This document shows, piece after piece, positions 8,164-18,170 of a stretch of DNA of 29,766 nt. Location: IMG/VR virus record IMGVR_UViG_2711768076_000016, one strand, 5' to 3'. The position numbers and the translations under genes are program-made. Position 1 is the first letter of the stretch. Every line of letters begins with the position of its first letter. Under the pieces are notes generated by a model. It saw only the letters and a list, made by a program, of their open reading frames with translations, made no database searches and was not told the origin of the DNA. Source of the stretch: a virus. Lineage: Duplodnaviria > Heunggongvirae > Uroviricota > Caudoviricetes.

Positions 8164-9404
8164 TGTTCTTTTCGGGATTATTTCAACGAAAAAGTGACGC
8201 ACCGGTGACCACGCCAGCAGAGCTGGCGGATGCTATCGGGTTGTCCTACGACACCTATACCGGAAAGCAGATCAGCAGCCAGCGGGCCATGCGACTGACG
8301 GCGGTTTTTTCCTGTGTCAGGGTGCTGGCGGAGTCGGTCGGGATGTTGCCCTGCAACCTGTATCACCTGAACGGCAGCCTGAAGCAGAGAGCCACTGGCG
8401 AACGTCTGCATAAGCTGATCTCCACGCATCCCAATGGCTATATGACGCCGCAGGAGTTCTGGGAGCTGGTGGTCACCTGTCTGTGTCTGCGGGGAAACTT
8501 TTACGCCTACAAAGTGAAAGCATTTGGCGAAGTGGCTGAACTGCTGCCCGTCGATCCCGGCTGTGTGGTACCGAAGCTTAACAGTAGCTGGGAGCCGGTC
8601 TATCAGGTCACATTCCCGGATGGCTCCACGGATGTACTGAGCCAGGAGGATATCTGGCATGTGCGCACGCTGACGCTGGACGGACTGGTGGGGCTGAATC
8701 CCATCGCCTATGCCCGCGAGGCAATATCGCTGGCGGCAGCGACCGAAGAGCACGGGGCCAGACTGTTCAGCAATGGCGCGGTGACGTCGGGTGTGTTGCG
8801 TACAGAGCAGACGCTGTCAGATCAGGCTTATGAGCGCCTGAAGAAAGATTTTGAGGAGCGTCACACCGGGCTTGGCAATGCTCACCGCCCGATGATCCTT
8901 GAGATGGGGCTGGACTGGAAGTCGATGGCGCTGAACGCCGAGGACAGCCAGTTCCTGGAAACCCGCAAGTTTCAGCTTGAAGAAATCTGTCGTCTGTTCC
9001 GGGTGCCGTTGCACATGGTGCAGAACACCGATCGCGCCACCTTCAACAATATCGAAGAGCTGGGGCTGGGATTTATCAACTATTCACTGGTGCCGTATCT
9101 GACCCGCATCGAACAGCGGATCAACACCGGACTGGTACGAAAAAGTAAGCAGGGCGTTTATTACGCCAAATTTAACGCCGGGGCGTTACTGCGCGGGGAT
9201 ATGAAGTCCCGTTTTGAAGCCTACGCCACCGGGATCAACTGGGGAATTTACTCTCCCAATGACTGCCGCGACCTGGAAGATATGAATCCGCGTCCCGGTG
9301 GTGATGTCTATCTCACACCGATGAACATGACCACGAAGCCCTCCGATGGCAGTAAAGCCGGTAAGCAGAAGGATAACGCCAATGCAGACGAAACAACGTC
9401 TTGA
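8163..9404 (+). CDS. Portal protein (HK97 family)
   Basis: 413-aa ORF following the large terminase; size and order match HK97-type portals. Confidence 0.75.
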   Translation: MFFSGLFQRKSDAPVTTPAELADAIGLSYDTYTGKQISSQRAMRLTAVFSCVRVLAESVGMLPCNLYHLNGSLKQRATGERLHKLISTHPNGYMTPQEFWELVVTCLCLRGNFYAYKVKAFGEVAELLPVDPGCVVPKLNSSWEPVYQVTFPDGSTDVLSQEDIWHVRTLTLDGLVGLNPIAYAREAISLAAATEEHGARLFSNGAVTSGVLRTEQTLSDQAYERLKKDFEERHTGLGNAHRPMILEMGLDWKSMALNAEDSQFLETRKFQLEEICRLFRVPLHMVQNTDRATFNNIEELGLGFINYSLVPYLTRIEQRINTGLVRKSKQGVYYAKFNAGALLRGDMKSRFEAYATGINWGIYSPNDCRDLEDMNPRPGGDVYLTPMNMTTKPSDGSKAGKQKDNANADETTS

Positions 9405-10032
9405 TGTACCGCTGAGTCTGAAATCTGTCAGTGACTCCGGTGAGTTTGAAGGGTATGGCTCCGTCTTTGGTGTAAAGGACAGCCACGATGATGTGGTGAT
9501 GTCCGGGGCATTTGCTGCTTCCCTGCGGGCGTGGAGTGACAGAAAAGCGTTACCTGCGCTGCTCTGGCAGCACCGCATGGATGAACCCATCGGTGTTTAC
9601 ACCGAAATGAAGGAAGACGATGTCGGGCTTTACGTCAGGGGACGGTTGCTTATTGATGATGATCCCCTCGCAAAACGCGCACATGCACACATGAAGGCCG
9701 GTTCGTTAACCGGCCTTTCTATTGGGTACGTCCTGAAAGACTGGGAATATGACCGGAGCAAAGAAGCCTTTCTGCTGAAAGAAATCGACCTCTGGGAAGT
9801 CAGCCTGGTGACGTTCCCGTCTAACGACGAGGCGCGGATCAGCGACGTCAAGAACGCACAGGCCCGCGGGGAAATCCCCGAACAGAAAAAAATCGAAAGA
9901 GTCCTGCGTGATGTCGGACTCTCCCGTACCCAGGCCAAAGCATTCATGGCCGGGGGCTATAGCGCACTGTCCCTGCGCGACGCTGAGGATGTGGGCTCTG
10001 CACTGAATGCACTGAAAAATCTGAACTTCTAA
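9382..10032 (+). CDS. Prohead maturation protease (HK97 family)
   Basis: ORF 9346..10032, with likely start at the Met at 9382; between portal and major capsid genes. Confidence 0.65.
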   Translation: MQTKQRLDVPLSLKSVSDSGEFEGYGSVFGVKDSHDDVVMSGAFAASLRAWSDRKALPALLWQHRMDEPIGVYTEMKEDDVGLYVRGRLLIDDDPLAKRAHAHMKAGSLTGLSIGYVLKDWEYDRSKEAFLLKEIDLWEVSLVTFPSNDEARISDVKNAQARGEIPEQKKIERVLRDVGLSRTQAKAFMAGGYSALSLRDAEDVGSALNALKNLNF

Positions 10033-10046
10033 TCAGGAGAAATACG

Positions 10047-11252
10047 ATGGCGGTTGATATTAAAGATGTCGAACAGGTCGCGCAGGAGCTGCAGCAGAAG
10101 TTTGACGACTTCAAAGCAAAGAACGACAAGCGCGTGGATGCGATTGAGCAGGAAAAAGGCAAGCTTGCCGGGCAGGTGGAAACCCTGAACGGGAAACTCA
10201 GCGAGCTGGAAAATCTCAAAAGCGACCTTGAAAAAGAGCTGCTTGAGCTGAAACGTCCGGCTGGTGGAGCGCAAAATAAACTGACCACCGAGCATAAAGA
10301 AGCGTTTGTGGGCTTCCTGCGTAAAGGCCGTGAAGATGGTCTGCGCGATCTGGAGCGCAAGGCATTACAGGTGGGCACCGATGAAGACGGCGGCTATGCC
10401 GTGCCGGAAGCGCTGGATCGCAACATTCTGACCTTGCTGAAAGATGAAGTGGTGATGCGTCAGGAAGCCACGGTGATCACCATTGGTGGTTCCGACTACA
10501 AAAAACTGGTGAATCTGGGCGGCACGGCTTCCGGATGGGTTGGCGAGACTGACGCGCGCTCCCAGACTGCCACCTCAAAACTGGGCCTGATTGAACCTTT
10601 CATGGGGGAAATCTACGGTAACCCGCAGGCCACCCAGAAAATGCTGGATGATGCCTTTTTCAACGTGGAAGCATGGATCAACAGCGAGCTGGCAACCGAA
10701 TTTGCCGAACAGGAAGAAATTGCCTTTACCTCAGGCGATGGCACCAAGAAGCCGAAAGGGTTCCTGGCGTATGAATCCACTGATGAAACCGATAAGGTCC
10801 GGGCGTTCGGCAAACTTCAGCATATTGTATCCGGCGAAGCGACTGCGGTGACCGCAGACGCCATTATCAAACTGATTTACACGCTGCGTAAGGCACACCG
10901 CACTGGCGCGAAGTTCATGATGAACAACAACAGCCTGTTTGCCATTCGTCTGTTGAAAGACAACGAGGGTAACTATCTGTGGCGTCCGGGGCTGGAACTG
11001 GGGCAGCCTTCTTCTCTGCTGGGGTACGGTATTGCTGAAAACGAACAGATGCCGGATATTGCTGCGGATGCGAAAGCCATCGCATTTGGTAACTTCAAAC
11101 GGGGTTACACCATCGTTGACCGTATCGGCACCCGCATTCTGCGTGACCCGTACACCAATAAACCGTTTGTCGGTTTTTATACCACCAAGCGCACCGGCGG
11201 AATGCTGGTCGATTCGCAGGCCATCAAACTGCTGAAGATTGCAGAGAAGTAA
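10047..11252 (+). CDS. Major capsid protein (HK97 fold)
   Basis: 401-aa ORF with a coiled-coil-like N-terminal delta domain (Glu/Lys/Leu-rich) followed by the capsid body; strong Shine-Dalgarno (AGGAG). Confidence 0.8.
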   Translation: MAVDIKDVEQVAQELQQKFDDFKAKNDKRVDAIEQEKGKLAGQVETLNGKLSELENLKSDLEKELLELKRPAGGAQNKLTTEHKEAFVGFLRKGREDGLRDLERKALQVGTDEDGGYAVPEALDRNILTLLKDEVVMRQEATVITIGGSDYKKLVNLGGTASGWVGETDARSQTATSKLGLIEPFMGEIYGNPQATQKMLDDAFFNVEAWINSELATEFAEQEEIAFTSGDGTKKPKGFLAYESTDETDKVRAFGKLQHIVSGEATAVTADAIIKLIYTLRKAHRTGAKFMMNNNSLFAIRLLKDNEGNYLWRPGLELGQPSSLLGYGIAENEQMPDIAADAKAIAFGNFKRGYTIVDRIGTRILRDPYTNKPFVGFYTTKRTGGMLVDSQAIKLLKIAEK

Positions 11253-11260
11253 TCGCTCAT

Positions 11261-11278
11261 GGGCGCGGTTCCGCGCCC
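11261..11278 (+). terminator. GC-rich hairpin after the capsid gene (attenuator or partial terminator)
   Basis: Stem GGGCGCGG / CCGCGCCC with loop TT, 9 bp after the capsid stop; followed by CTGTTCTG, a weak U-tract. Confidence 0.35.
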
Positions 11279-11301
11279 CCTGTTCTGAAGGGTGAAGAAT
11301 C

Positions 11302-11529
11302 ATGATCCTGAAACAAGATCTTAAATGGTCACCGGACGGTATGCGTGTTGAGGTTATTAGGGCCGGTGAGTATGACGACGGGGCGCTTCCTGCCCGGGTG
11401 CAGGAGATTGCACTTCAGGCCGGGTTAGCAGAGCGCGGAACCAGTGCAAAAAGCAGTAAAGCGGCAAAAGAGAAAAAGCCACGGCCAGTAAAGAGGGATG
11501 AGAATGCTTCTGACACTGGAAGAGATTAA
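11302..11529 (+). CDS. Hypothetical head-module protein (75 aa)
   Basis: ORF in operon context between the capsid and connector genes. Confidence 0.4.
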   Translation: MILKQDLKWSPDGMRVEVIRAGEYDDGALPARVQEIALQAGLAERGTSAKSSKAAKEKKPRPVKRDENASDTGRD

Positions 11530-11827
11530 AGCCCAACTCCGGCTGGATGAGGATTTCGATGCCGATGACCGCCATCTGCAACTGCTGGCCTGTGCGGCGC
11601 AAAAGCGGACGGAAACGTATCTGAACCGGAAGCTCTATGCACCGGATGAATCCATTCCGGACAGCGATCCGGACGGGCTGCACCTGCCGGATGATATTCG
11701 TCTTGGGATGCTGATGCTTATCAGCCACTTTTACGAAAACCGCTCGTCGGTTACGGAAGTGGAGAAACTCGACATGCCGCAGAGTTTTGGCTGGCTTGTC
11801 AGCCCGTACAGGTACTTTCCGCAATGA
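11498..11827 (+). CDS. Head-tail connector protein (gp6-like)
   Basis: 109-aa ORF; N-terminal LEEIKAQLRLDEDFD motif typical of gp6-like connectors. Confidence 0.6.
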   Translation: MRMLLTLEEIKAQLRLDEDFDADDRHLQLLACAAQKRTETYLNRKLYAPDESIPDSDPDGLHLPDDIRLGMLMLISHFYENRSSVTEVEKLDMPQSFGWLVSPYRYFPQ

Positions 11828-12234
11828 AAATTAGCCAGGCACAGACCAGCGCAACCTACATTCTGCCGGACCCCGGTGAACTGAATAAACGCGTCCTGAT
11901 CCGCCAGCGGGTGGATATGCCCGCAGATAACTTTGGCGTGGAGCCTCAATACCCGGTTGCGTTCAGTACATGGGCGAAGGTTATCCAGACCAGTGCCACC
12001 ACCTGGCAGGAAACCGCGCAGACCGGAGACGCCATCACCCATTACATCACCATTCGTTACCGCCGGGGGATCACTGCTGATTATGAGGTGGTCTGCGGTG
12101 ACAGTGTGTACCGGGTGAAACGTCAGCGCGATCTGAACGGAGCGCGGCGCTTTCTGCTGCTGGAGTGTACGGAGCTGGGCGAATGTAGGCAGAGTCACGG
12201 AGGCAGCAATGGCGACTTCCTTTTTGCACGTTGA
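11824..12234 (+). CDS. Head closure / head-tail adaptor protein
   Basis: 136-aa ORF overlapping the neighbouring genes in operon; position and size. Confidence 0.5.
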   Translation: MKISQAQTSATYILPDPGELNKRVLIRQRVDMPADNFGVEPQYPVAFSTWAKVIQTSATTWQETAQTGDAITHYITIRYRRGITADYEVVCGDSVYRVKRQRDLNGARRFLLLECTELGECRQSHGGSNGDFLFAR

Positions 12235-12715
12235 TTTTCAGCAGCCCACGGAGATGCGCTTTAACCGCGCCCGTGTCCGGCGGGCGTTTGTCACGATTGG
12301 TCAGCGTCATATGCGTGATGCCCGTCGGCTGGTGATGCGCCGTGCGCGGTCGGCACCGGGTGAAAACCCCGGTTATCAGACCGGACGCCTGGCTCGTTCG
12401 ATTGGTTACATGGTACCCAGAGCCAGTAAACATCGCCCTGGTTTTATGGCACGTATAGCCCCTAACCAGCGTAATGGAGAGGGAAACCGCCGTATCACTG
12501 GTGATTTTTATCCGGCTTTTTTGTTCTATGGAGTGAGGCGAGGGGCAAAGCGTCGTCGCAGCCATCATCGTGGTGCATCCGGTGGCAGCGGCTGGCGACT
12601 GGCTCCACGTAATAACTTCATGATGGAAACGCTTGAAAAGAACCGCAGCTGGACACGCTATTTTCTGGCGCGGGAATTGCGTAAATCACTGAAGCCGGAG
12701 CGACGACACAGATGA
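12209..12715 (+). CDS. Neck/tail-joining protein (HK97 gp10-like position)
   Basis: 168-aa ORF with GGAGG Shine-Dalgarno; basic, Arg-rich. Confidence 0.4.
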   Translation: MATSFLHVDFQQPTEMRFNRARVRRAFVTIGQRHMRDARRLVMRRARSAPGENPGYQTGRLARSIGYMVPRASKHRPGFMARIAPNQRNGEGNRRITGDFYPAFLFYGVRRGAKRRRSHHRGASGGSGWRLAPRNNFMMETLEKNRSWTRYFLARELRKSLKPERRHR

Positions 12716-13272
12716 AACTGACGCCTGTTATTGCTGCACTGCGTGCCCGCTGTCCGTATTTTGAAAACCGGGTTGCAGGTGCGGCCCAGTTCAAAAATCT
12801 GCCGGAGGTCGGAAAGCTGAAACTCCCGGCGGCATATGTTGTACCGGGTGATGATTCTCCGGGAGAAAACAAAAGCCAGACCGACTACTGGCAGGCGCTG
12901 AAAGAGGGTTTCTCCGTGATTGTCATACTGAGTAACGGGCGTGATGAGCGCGGTCAGTTTGCCTCGTATGATGTGGTGGACGATGTCCGGCAGATGCTCT
13001 TTAAGGCTCTGCTGGGCTGGAACCCGGAGGCGTGCGGTAACCCGATTACCTATGACGGCGGCACGCTGCTGGATCTGAATCGTCATGAGCTGATTTATCA
13101 GTTCGATTTTTCGGTCATCAGCGAGCTGACTGAAGACGATACCCGCCAGCAGGATGATCTGAACAGTCTGGATGAACTGCAAACGCTGGCGATTGATGTT
13201 GATTATCTCGATCCCGGTAACGGGCCTGACGGCGATATCGAACATCACACAGAAATAACCATTCCTTCCTGA
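12712..13272 (+). CDS. Tail completion / terminator-like protein
   Basis: 186-aa ORF, ATGA-coupled to the upstream gene, immediately before the sheath region. Confidence 0.4.
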   Translation: MKLTPVIAALRARCPYFENRVAGAAQFKNLPEVGKLKLPAAYVVPGDDSPGENKSQTDYWQALKEGFSVIVILSNGRDERGQFASYDVVDDVRQMLFKALLGWNPEACGNPITYDGGTLLDLNRHELIYQFDFSVISELTEDDTRQQDDLNSLDELQTLAIDVDYLDPGNGPDGDIEHHTEITIPS

Positions 13273-13280
13273 GGATCCTC

Positions 13281-13451
13281 ATGTTTGTGAAACCTGTTAA
13301 AGGGCGGTCAGTGCCTGACCCTGCCCGCAGCGACCTTTTGCCCGCCGAAGGGCGAAATGTTGACGAGAACAACTACTGGCTGCGCCGTGAAGCAGCTGGT
13401 GATATCCGGCGCGTGAATAAAAAGGTGAACACCGATGACGATAAGCTTTAA
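13281..13451 (+). CDS. Small protein (56 aa) preceding the tail sheath gene, DUF2635-like position
   Basis: ATG 13281 to TAA 13449-13451, translated by hand (MFVKPVKGRSVPDPARSD...); below the ORF-track length cutoff; overlaps the sheath start. Confidence 0.4.
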   Translation: MFVKPVKGRSVPDPARSDLLPAEGRNVDENNYWLRREAAGDIRRVNKKVNTDDDKL

Positions 13452-14931
13452 CACCATTCCGTCGAATACGCTGGTTCCGCTGTTTTATGCGGAAATGGAT
13501 AACCAGGCGGCGAATACTGCACAGGACAGCGGAGCATCGCTGCTGATTGGTCATGCCAGTAACGGTGCAGAGATTGTTGCCAACAGTCTGGTGCTGATGC
13601 CGTCGGCAGACTATGCACGCCAGATTTGTGGTGCGGGAAGTCAGCTGGCGCGTATGGTCGAGGCTTATCGCCAGACCGACCCGTTTGGTGAGCTGTATGT
13701 GATTGCCGTTCCGGAAGCCACAGGCGCGGCGGCAACGGTTACGCTGACGGTGACCGGGGAAGCAACCGAAAGCGGCACGGTGAATGTCTATGTGGGACGT
13801 ACCCGCGTGCAGGCTCCGGTGACCAACGGCGATAACGTCACGACGATTGCCAGCAGTATCAAAGATGCCATCAATGCCGTTCCGGCCCTGCCGTTTACGG
13901 CTTCATCTTCGGCAGGTGTGGTCACACTGACCGCGCGTCATAAGGGGCTTTGCGGGAATGAAATTCCTGTCAGCCTCAATTACTACGGCTTTGGTGGGGG
14001 CGAAGTGCTGCCAGCGGGCGTACAGATTGCCGTGGCGACGGGTACCGCCGGAACGGGTGCTCCGGTTCTCACCGGCGCGGTGGCTGCAATGGCGGATGAG
14101 CCGTTTGATTATATCGGCCTGCCGTTCAACGACACGGCCTCCGTTAACACGCTGGTGACCGAGATGAACGATACCAGCGGTCGCTGGAGCTATGCGCGTC
14201 AGCTGTATGGTCATGTGTATACGGCAAAGATCGGCACGCTGTCAGAACTGGTGACCGCAGGTGACCAGTTTAACCAGCAGCACATTACCCTGGCGGGGTA
14301 CGAAAAAGAGACCCAGACGCCTGCCGACGAACTGGCGGCAAGCCGTACCGCCCGCGCAGCGGTGTTTATTCGCAACGATCCGGCACGTCCCACGCAGACC
14401 GGTGAGCTGGTGGGTATGCTGCCTGCGCCGAAGGGGAAACGGTTCACGATGACCGAACAACAGACCCTGCTGTCTCATGGCGTGGCAACGGCGTATGTCG
14501 AAAGCGGGGTACTGCGCATTCAGCGTGATGTCACCACGTACAGGAAAAACGCTTACGGGGTTGCGGATAACAGCTACCTCGACAGTGAGACACTGCATAC
14601 CAGCGCGTATGTACTGCGCAAACTGAAATCCGTCATTACCAGTAAGTACGGGCGTCACAAGCTTGCCAGTGACGGTACCCGCTTTGGTCCCGGTCAGGCG
14701 ATTGTCACCCCGGCGGTGATCAAAGGGGAACTGCTGGCAACCTACCGTCAGCTTGAGCGTGCGGGGATCGTGGAAAACTACGAACTGTTTAAGCAGTACC
14801 TGGTTGTGGAGCGTGATGCCAGCGATCCGAACCGCCTGAACACGCTGTTCCCGCCTGACTATGTTAACCAGTTGCGTGTCTTTGCCGTGGTTAACCAGTT
14901 CCGTCTTCAGTATTCAGAGGAGTCTGCATAA
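13435..14931 (+). CDS. Contractile tail sheath protein (Mu gpL-like)
   Basis: 498-aa ORF followed by tube, chaperone and tape-measure genes in Mu-like order. Confidence 0.7.
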   Translation: MTISFNTIPSNTLVPLFYAEMDNQAANTAQDSGASLLIGHASNGAEIVANSLVLMPSADYARQICGAGSQLARMVEAYRQTDPFGELYVIAVPEATGAAATVTLTVTGEATESGTVNVYVGRTRVQAPVTNGDNVTTIASSIKDAINAVPALPFTASSSAGVVTLTARHKGLCGNEIPVSLNYYGFGGGEVLPAGVQIAVATGTAGTGAPVLTGAVAAMADEPFDYIGLPFNDTASVNTLVTEMNDTSGRWSYARQLYGHVYTAKIGTLSELVTAGDQFNQQHITLAGYEKETQTPADELAASRTARAAVFIRNDPARPTQTGELVGMLPAPKGKRFTMTEQQTLLSHGVATAYVESGVLRIQRDVTTYRKNAYGVADNSYLDSETLHTSAYVLRKLKSVITSKYGRHKLASDGTRFGPGQAIVTPAVIKGELLATYRQLERAGIVENYELFKQYLVVERDASDPNRLNTLFPPDYVNQLRVFAVVNQFRLQYSEESA

Positions 14932-15287
14932 TGGCCCGTATCGGGGGAACCTGTTATTTCAAAATTGACGGTCAGCAGCTATCGCTGACCGGCGGCATTG
15001 AGGTGCCCATGAACAGGACGGTCAATGATGACATCATCGGCCTGGACGGTTCAGTGGACCGCAAGGAAACTCACCGTGCGCCCTATGTCAAAGGGACCTT
15101 CAAGGTGCCGAAGAATTTTCCGGTGAGCAAAATCACCTCGTCTGATGAGATGACCATCACTGCCGAGCTGGCGAACGGTCAGGTCTATGTACTGTCGTCT
15201 GCCTGGCTGCACGGCGAAGCGAACCATAATGCCGAAGAAGGCACGGTTGATCTTGAGTTCCACGGTGAAGAAGGGGATTACCAGTAA
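14931..15287 (+). CDS. Tail tube protein (Mu gpM-like)
   Basis: 118-aa ORF immediately after the sheath gene. Confidence 0.6.
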   Translation: MARIGGTCYFKIDGQQLSLTGGIEVPMNRTVNDDIIGLDGSVDRKETHRAPYVKGTFKVPKNFPVSKITSSDEMTITAELANGQVYVLSSAWLHGEANHNAEEGTVDLEFHGEEGDYQ

Positions 15288-15705
15288 TGAAAGAGCTTGA
15301 GTTAAAGAAACCGATTACTGCTCATGGCGAGACACTCTCCGTACTTGAGTTTGATGAGCCCACCGGGAAAGATGTCCGCGAGCTGGGGTATCCCTACCAG
15401 ATGAATCAGGATGAGTCAGTCAGACTTCTGGCGCATGTGGTATCGAAATACATTGTGCGGCTGGCGAAAGTGCCGCAAAACTCTGTCGACCAGATGTCTC
15501 CGGCAGACCTGAATGCAGCGGCGTGGCTTGTGGCCGGTTTTTTCCTCCAGGCCTGACGGCTGAATACCTCACTGATCGCTTCTTTGACTGCGCCAGTTAC
15601 TGGCGCATTAATCCTTTCGAATTGCTGAATATGCCGATCAGTGAAATTCCCTTGCTGGTCAGTCAGGCAAACAGGATAGAGCAGGAGAAACGCACACATG
15701 GCTGA
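15287..15705 (+). CDS. Tail assembly chaperone with a putative programmed -1 frameshift extension
   Basis: Zero-frame ORF 15287..15556 (89 aa). Slippery heptamer T_TTT_TTC at 15538-15544 leads into the -1 frame ORF that ends at 15705, just overlapping the tape-measure start. Confidence 0.5.
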
Positions 15706-17530
15706 ATTTGAGCTTAAGGCGTTGATCACCGGTGTCGACAGACTTTCTCCCGCGCTGTCGAAAATGCAAAAGAAAATCCGGGGATTTAAACGCCAGGCGG
15801 AAGAAGCATCACAGGGTGGGCTGGCGCTTGGTGGCGGACTGGCAGCGGGTCTGACGCTTTCCCTGAAATCTTATGCCGATCAGGAAAACGCCGCCACCGG
15901 GCTGAAAGTCGCCATGATGGATGCGAACGGCGAGGTCGGAAAGAGCTTTCAGGACATCAATAAACTGGCTATTGGCCTGGGTAACCAGCTACCCGGTACA
16001 ACGGCTGATTTCCAGAACATGATGCAGATGCTGGTGCGTCAGGGGATCCCGGCAGAAAATATTCTTGGCGGTGTGGGTAAAGCGACAGCTTATCTTGCGG
16101 TACAACTGAAAAAAACACCGGAAGCGGCTGCTGAGTTTGCTGCAAAGATGCAGGATGCTACCGGAACGGCGTCAGAAGACATGATGGGGCTGTTCGACAC
16201 TATCCAGAAGGCGTTTTATCTGGGCGTTGACGATACCAACATGTTGTCCTTCTTCACTAAAACCAGTTCTGTTCTGAAGATGGTGAACAAGGACGGTCTT
16301 CAGGCTGCACAGAGCCTTGCCCCCATCAGCGTCATGATGGATCAGATGGGGATGAACGGGGAGTCGGCAGGTAATGCCCTGCGAAAAGTTATCCAGTCCG
16401 GATTAAGCGTTAAGAAAATCAGGGACGTTAATAAAGTTATGGCCCGCCAGAAACTCGGGGTACAGCTCGATTTTACTGACGGCAAAGGGAGTTTTGGCGG
16501 TCTTGATAACATGTTCAGGCAACTGGCAAAGCTGCGAAAACTGACCGACGTTAAGCGAACCGGTGTACTTAAGGCAATATTTGGTGATGATGCCGAAACC
16601 CTTCAGGTGGTCAATGCTCTGATCGATAAAGGAAAGGATGGTTACGATCAGATCCAGCAGAAGATGAATAAACAGGCCAGCCTGAATAAACGTGTTCAGG
16701 CCCAGCTTGGTACGCTGTCCAACCTGTGGGAGGCAATGACGGGGACCGCAACTAACGGCCTTGCGGCTATTGGCGGCGCATTTTCTGGTGACGTCAAAAA
16801 TATCACGCAATGGCTGGGGGAGTTAGGGGAAAAATTCACGAAGTTTGCGGATGAAAATCCCCGGGTTATTCGCGGCGTCGTCGGGCTTGCTGCCGGTCTT
16901 GCGATTCTGAAACTGGGATTGATGGGCGTGGGCAGTGCCATCAGTATCGTCAGCAGGATCATGTCGATGACGCCGATTGGCATGATTGCGACGGCGATAG
17001 CCCTGGCTGCGGGATTAATTATCACTAACTGGGATGTTGTCGGACCTTATTTTAAGAAGCTCTGGGAAACCATTAGTCCTTATTTTGAGGCTGGCTGGGA
17101 ACTTCTGAAGAAGGTTTTTGCCTGGTCGCCGCTGGGGATGGTGATCAATAACTGGGGACCGGTTGTTAAGTGGTTTCAGGATATGTGGGATAAGCTGAAG
17201 CCGATTATTGAATGGTTTACCGACAGTTCCGGTGACACGGTCGATGCCATTAACTCGGCGCAGTGGGGCGCGGGTGCTTATGATGCTTATGGGACGGGAA
17301 TACCGCCACGGGGATACACTCCTTATCCGGAGGTGGATCCGGCTCAGGCAAACAACGCCTCCGGTGCCACAGGTCCGAATCCCTTCATGATTAATAAAGC
17401 TACCGCGCCAAAAGTTGATGGTGAGATCAAGGTATCATTTATAAATATGCCACCAGGTATGCGGGTTACGGAAACACGCTCCAGTGGCATTGATATAAAT
17501 CACGATGTTGGCTATACCCGATTTTGGTAG
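15698..17530 (+). CDS. Tail tape measure protein
   Basis: 610-aa ORF, Ala/Gly/Leu-rich with hydrophobic stretches; position after the chaperone. Confidence 0.8.
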   Translation: MAEFELKALITGVDRLSPALSKMQKKIRGFKRQAEEASQGGLALGGGLAAGLTLSLKSYADQENAATGLKVAMMDANGEVGKSFQDINKLAIGLGNQLPGTTADFQNMMQMLVRQGIPAENILGGVGKATAYLAVQLKKTPEAAAEFAAKMQDATGTASEDMMGLFDTIQKAFYLGVDDTNMLSFFTKTSSVLKMVNKDGLQAAQSLAPISVMMDQMGMNGESAGNALRKVIQSGLSVKKIRDVNKVMARQKLGVQLDFTDGKGSFGGLDNMFRQLAKLRKLTDVKRTGVLKAIFGDDAETLQVVNALIDKGKDGYDQIQQKMNKQASLNKRVQAQLGTLSNLWEAMTGTATNGLAAIGGAFSGDVKNITQWLGELGEKFTKFADENPRVIRGVVGLAAGLAILKLGLMGVGSAISIVSRIMSMTPIGMIATAIALAAGLIITNWDVVGPYFKKLWETISPYFEAGWELLKKVFAWSPLGMVINNWGPVVKWFQDMWDKLKPIIEWFTDSSGDTVDAINSAQWGAGAYDAYGTGIPPRGYTPYPEVDPAQANNASGATGPNPFMINKATAPKVDGEIKVSFINMPPGMRVTETRSSGIDINHDVGYTRFW

Positions 17531-17558
17531 CCAGGATTCCCCTCACAGGTATTGCTGG

Positions 17559-17586
17559 TTGTAAGTCATAAATAGAGTGATAGAAT
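17559..17586 (+). promoter_or_regulatory. Candidate sigma70 promoter for the tail-module moron (-35 TTGTAA, 16-bp spacer, -10 TAGAAT)
   Basis: Hexamers read directly, about 36 bp upstream of ATG 17622. Confidence 0.35.
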
Positions 17587-17621
17587 TAATGCACATTTAG
17601 AAAAATGTTAATAGGCGAAAA

Positions 17622-18152
17622 ATGAAAGGCTATATCACAGCAAGTGTAATTCTTGGAGCAGCGGCTATTTTTTCATCTCTCATAATCTCTGGCAACATCT
17701 CCTTTAAAGATGAACATATTATTCAGTTATCTGGAGGAGCCATAAAACTTGGTGATGTTTATAAAGAAAATAAATTGATAAGTGCAAAGATTATTTTTCC
17801 AGATAATCAGGGTGAACAGATTCTTGTTGTCGACGGCAATCCTGAAAACTTTAAGGAGGATTTTCAGGAGAAATTAAATAAAGTAATAAAAACTTTAAAT
17901 GCGTCAAAGAAAAAAGATGAAGAGAAAGTTAGCCTGGATAATTTAAGTGTTATTGAAGAGTCTAAACTAGAGCTCGTTTCTGCGGTGCGTTACTCTGCTC
18001 AGTATGTTCCTATGTTTACTCTGACGCTGGACAAAAAAGAAATTACCATGCCTAAAAATACGGTAATATTTCCATTTGCCAGCGATGAAACAGCTAAGTA
18101 TTTAAATGAACAACAGCAAAAGTATAAAGATTCGTTGTTTCTGACTCGCTAA
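17622..18152 (+). CDS. Hypothetical protein with N-terminal signal/anchor (176 aa); moron inside the tail module
   Basis: Strongly AT-rich ORF inserted between the tape-measure and DNA-circularization genes; N-terminal hydrophobic segment (ASVILGAAAIFSSLIISG) then a Lys/Glu-rich soluble domain; has its own terminator. Confidence 0.5.
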   Translation: MKGYITASVILGAAAIFSSLIISGNISFKDEHIIQLSGGAIKLGDVYKENKLISAKIIFPDNQGEQILVVDGNPENFKEDFQEKLNKVIKTLNASKKKDEEKVSLDNLSVIEESKLELVSAVRYSAQYVPMFTLTLDKKEITMPKNTVIFPFASDETAKYLNEQQQKYKDSLFLTR

Positions 18153-18170
18153 TTAATAAAATTCATTACA

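Noticed and set aside
8178-9590. Minus-strand ORFs 8178..8753, 8817..9014 and 9186..9590
   Set aside because: Antisense to the portal gene; GC-rich shadow frames.
9944-11303. Minus-strand ORFs 9944..10378, 10029..10295 and 10731..11303
   Set aside because: Antisense to the major capsid gene; low-complexity Ser/Arg-rich translations.
11357-13372. Minus-strand ORFs 11357..11824, 11731..12198, 12071..12568, 12658..13248 and 13118..13372
   Set aside because: Antisense to the tightly packed head-tail joining operon; no independent signals.
16403-17025. Minus-strand ORFs 16403..16810 and 16696..17025
   Set aside because: Inside the tape-measure gene on the opposite strand.
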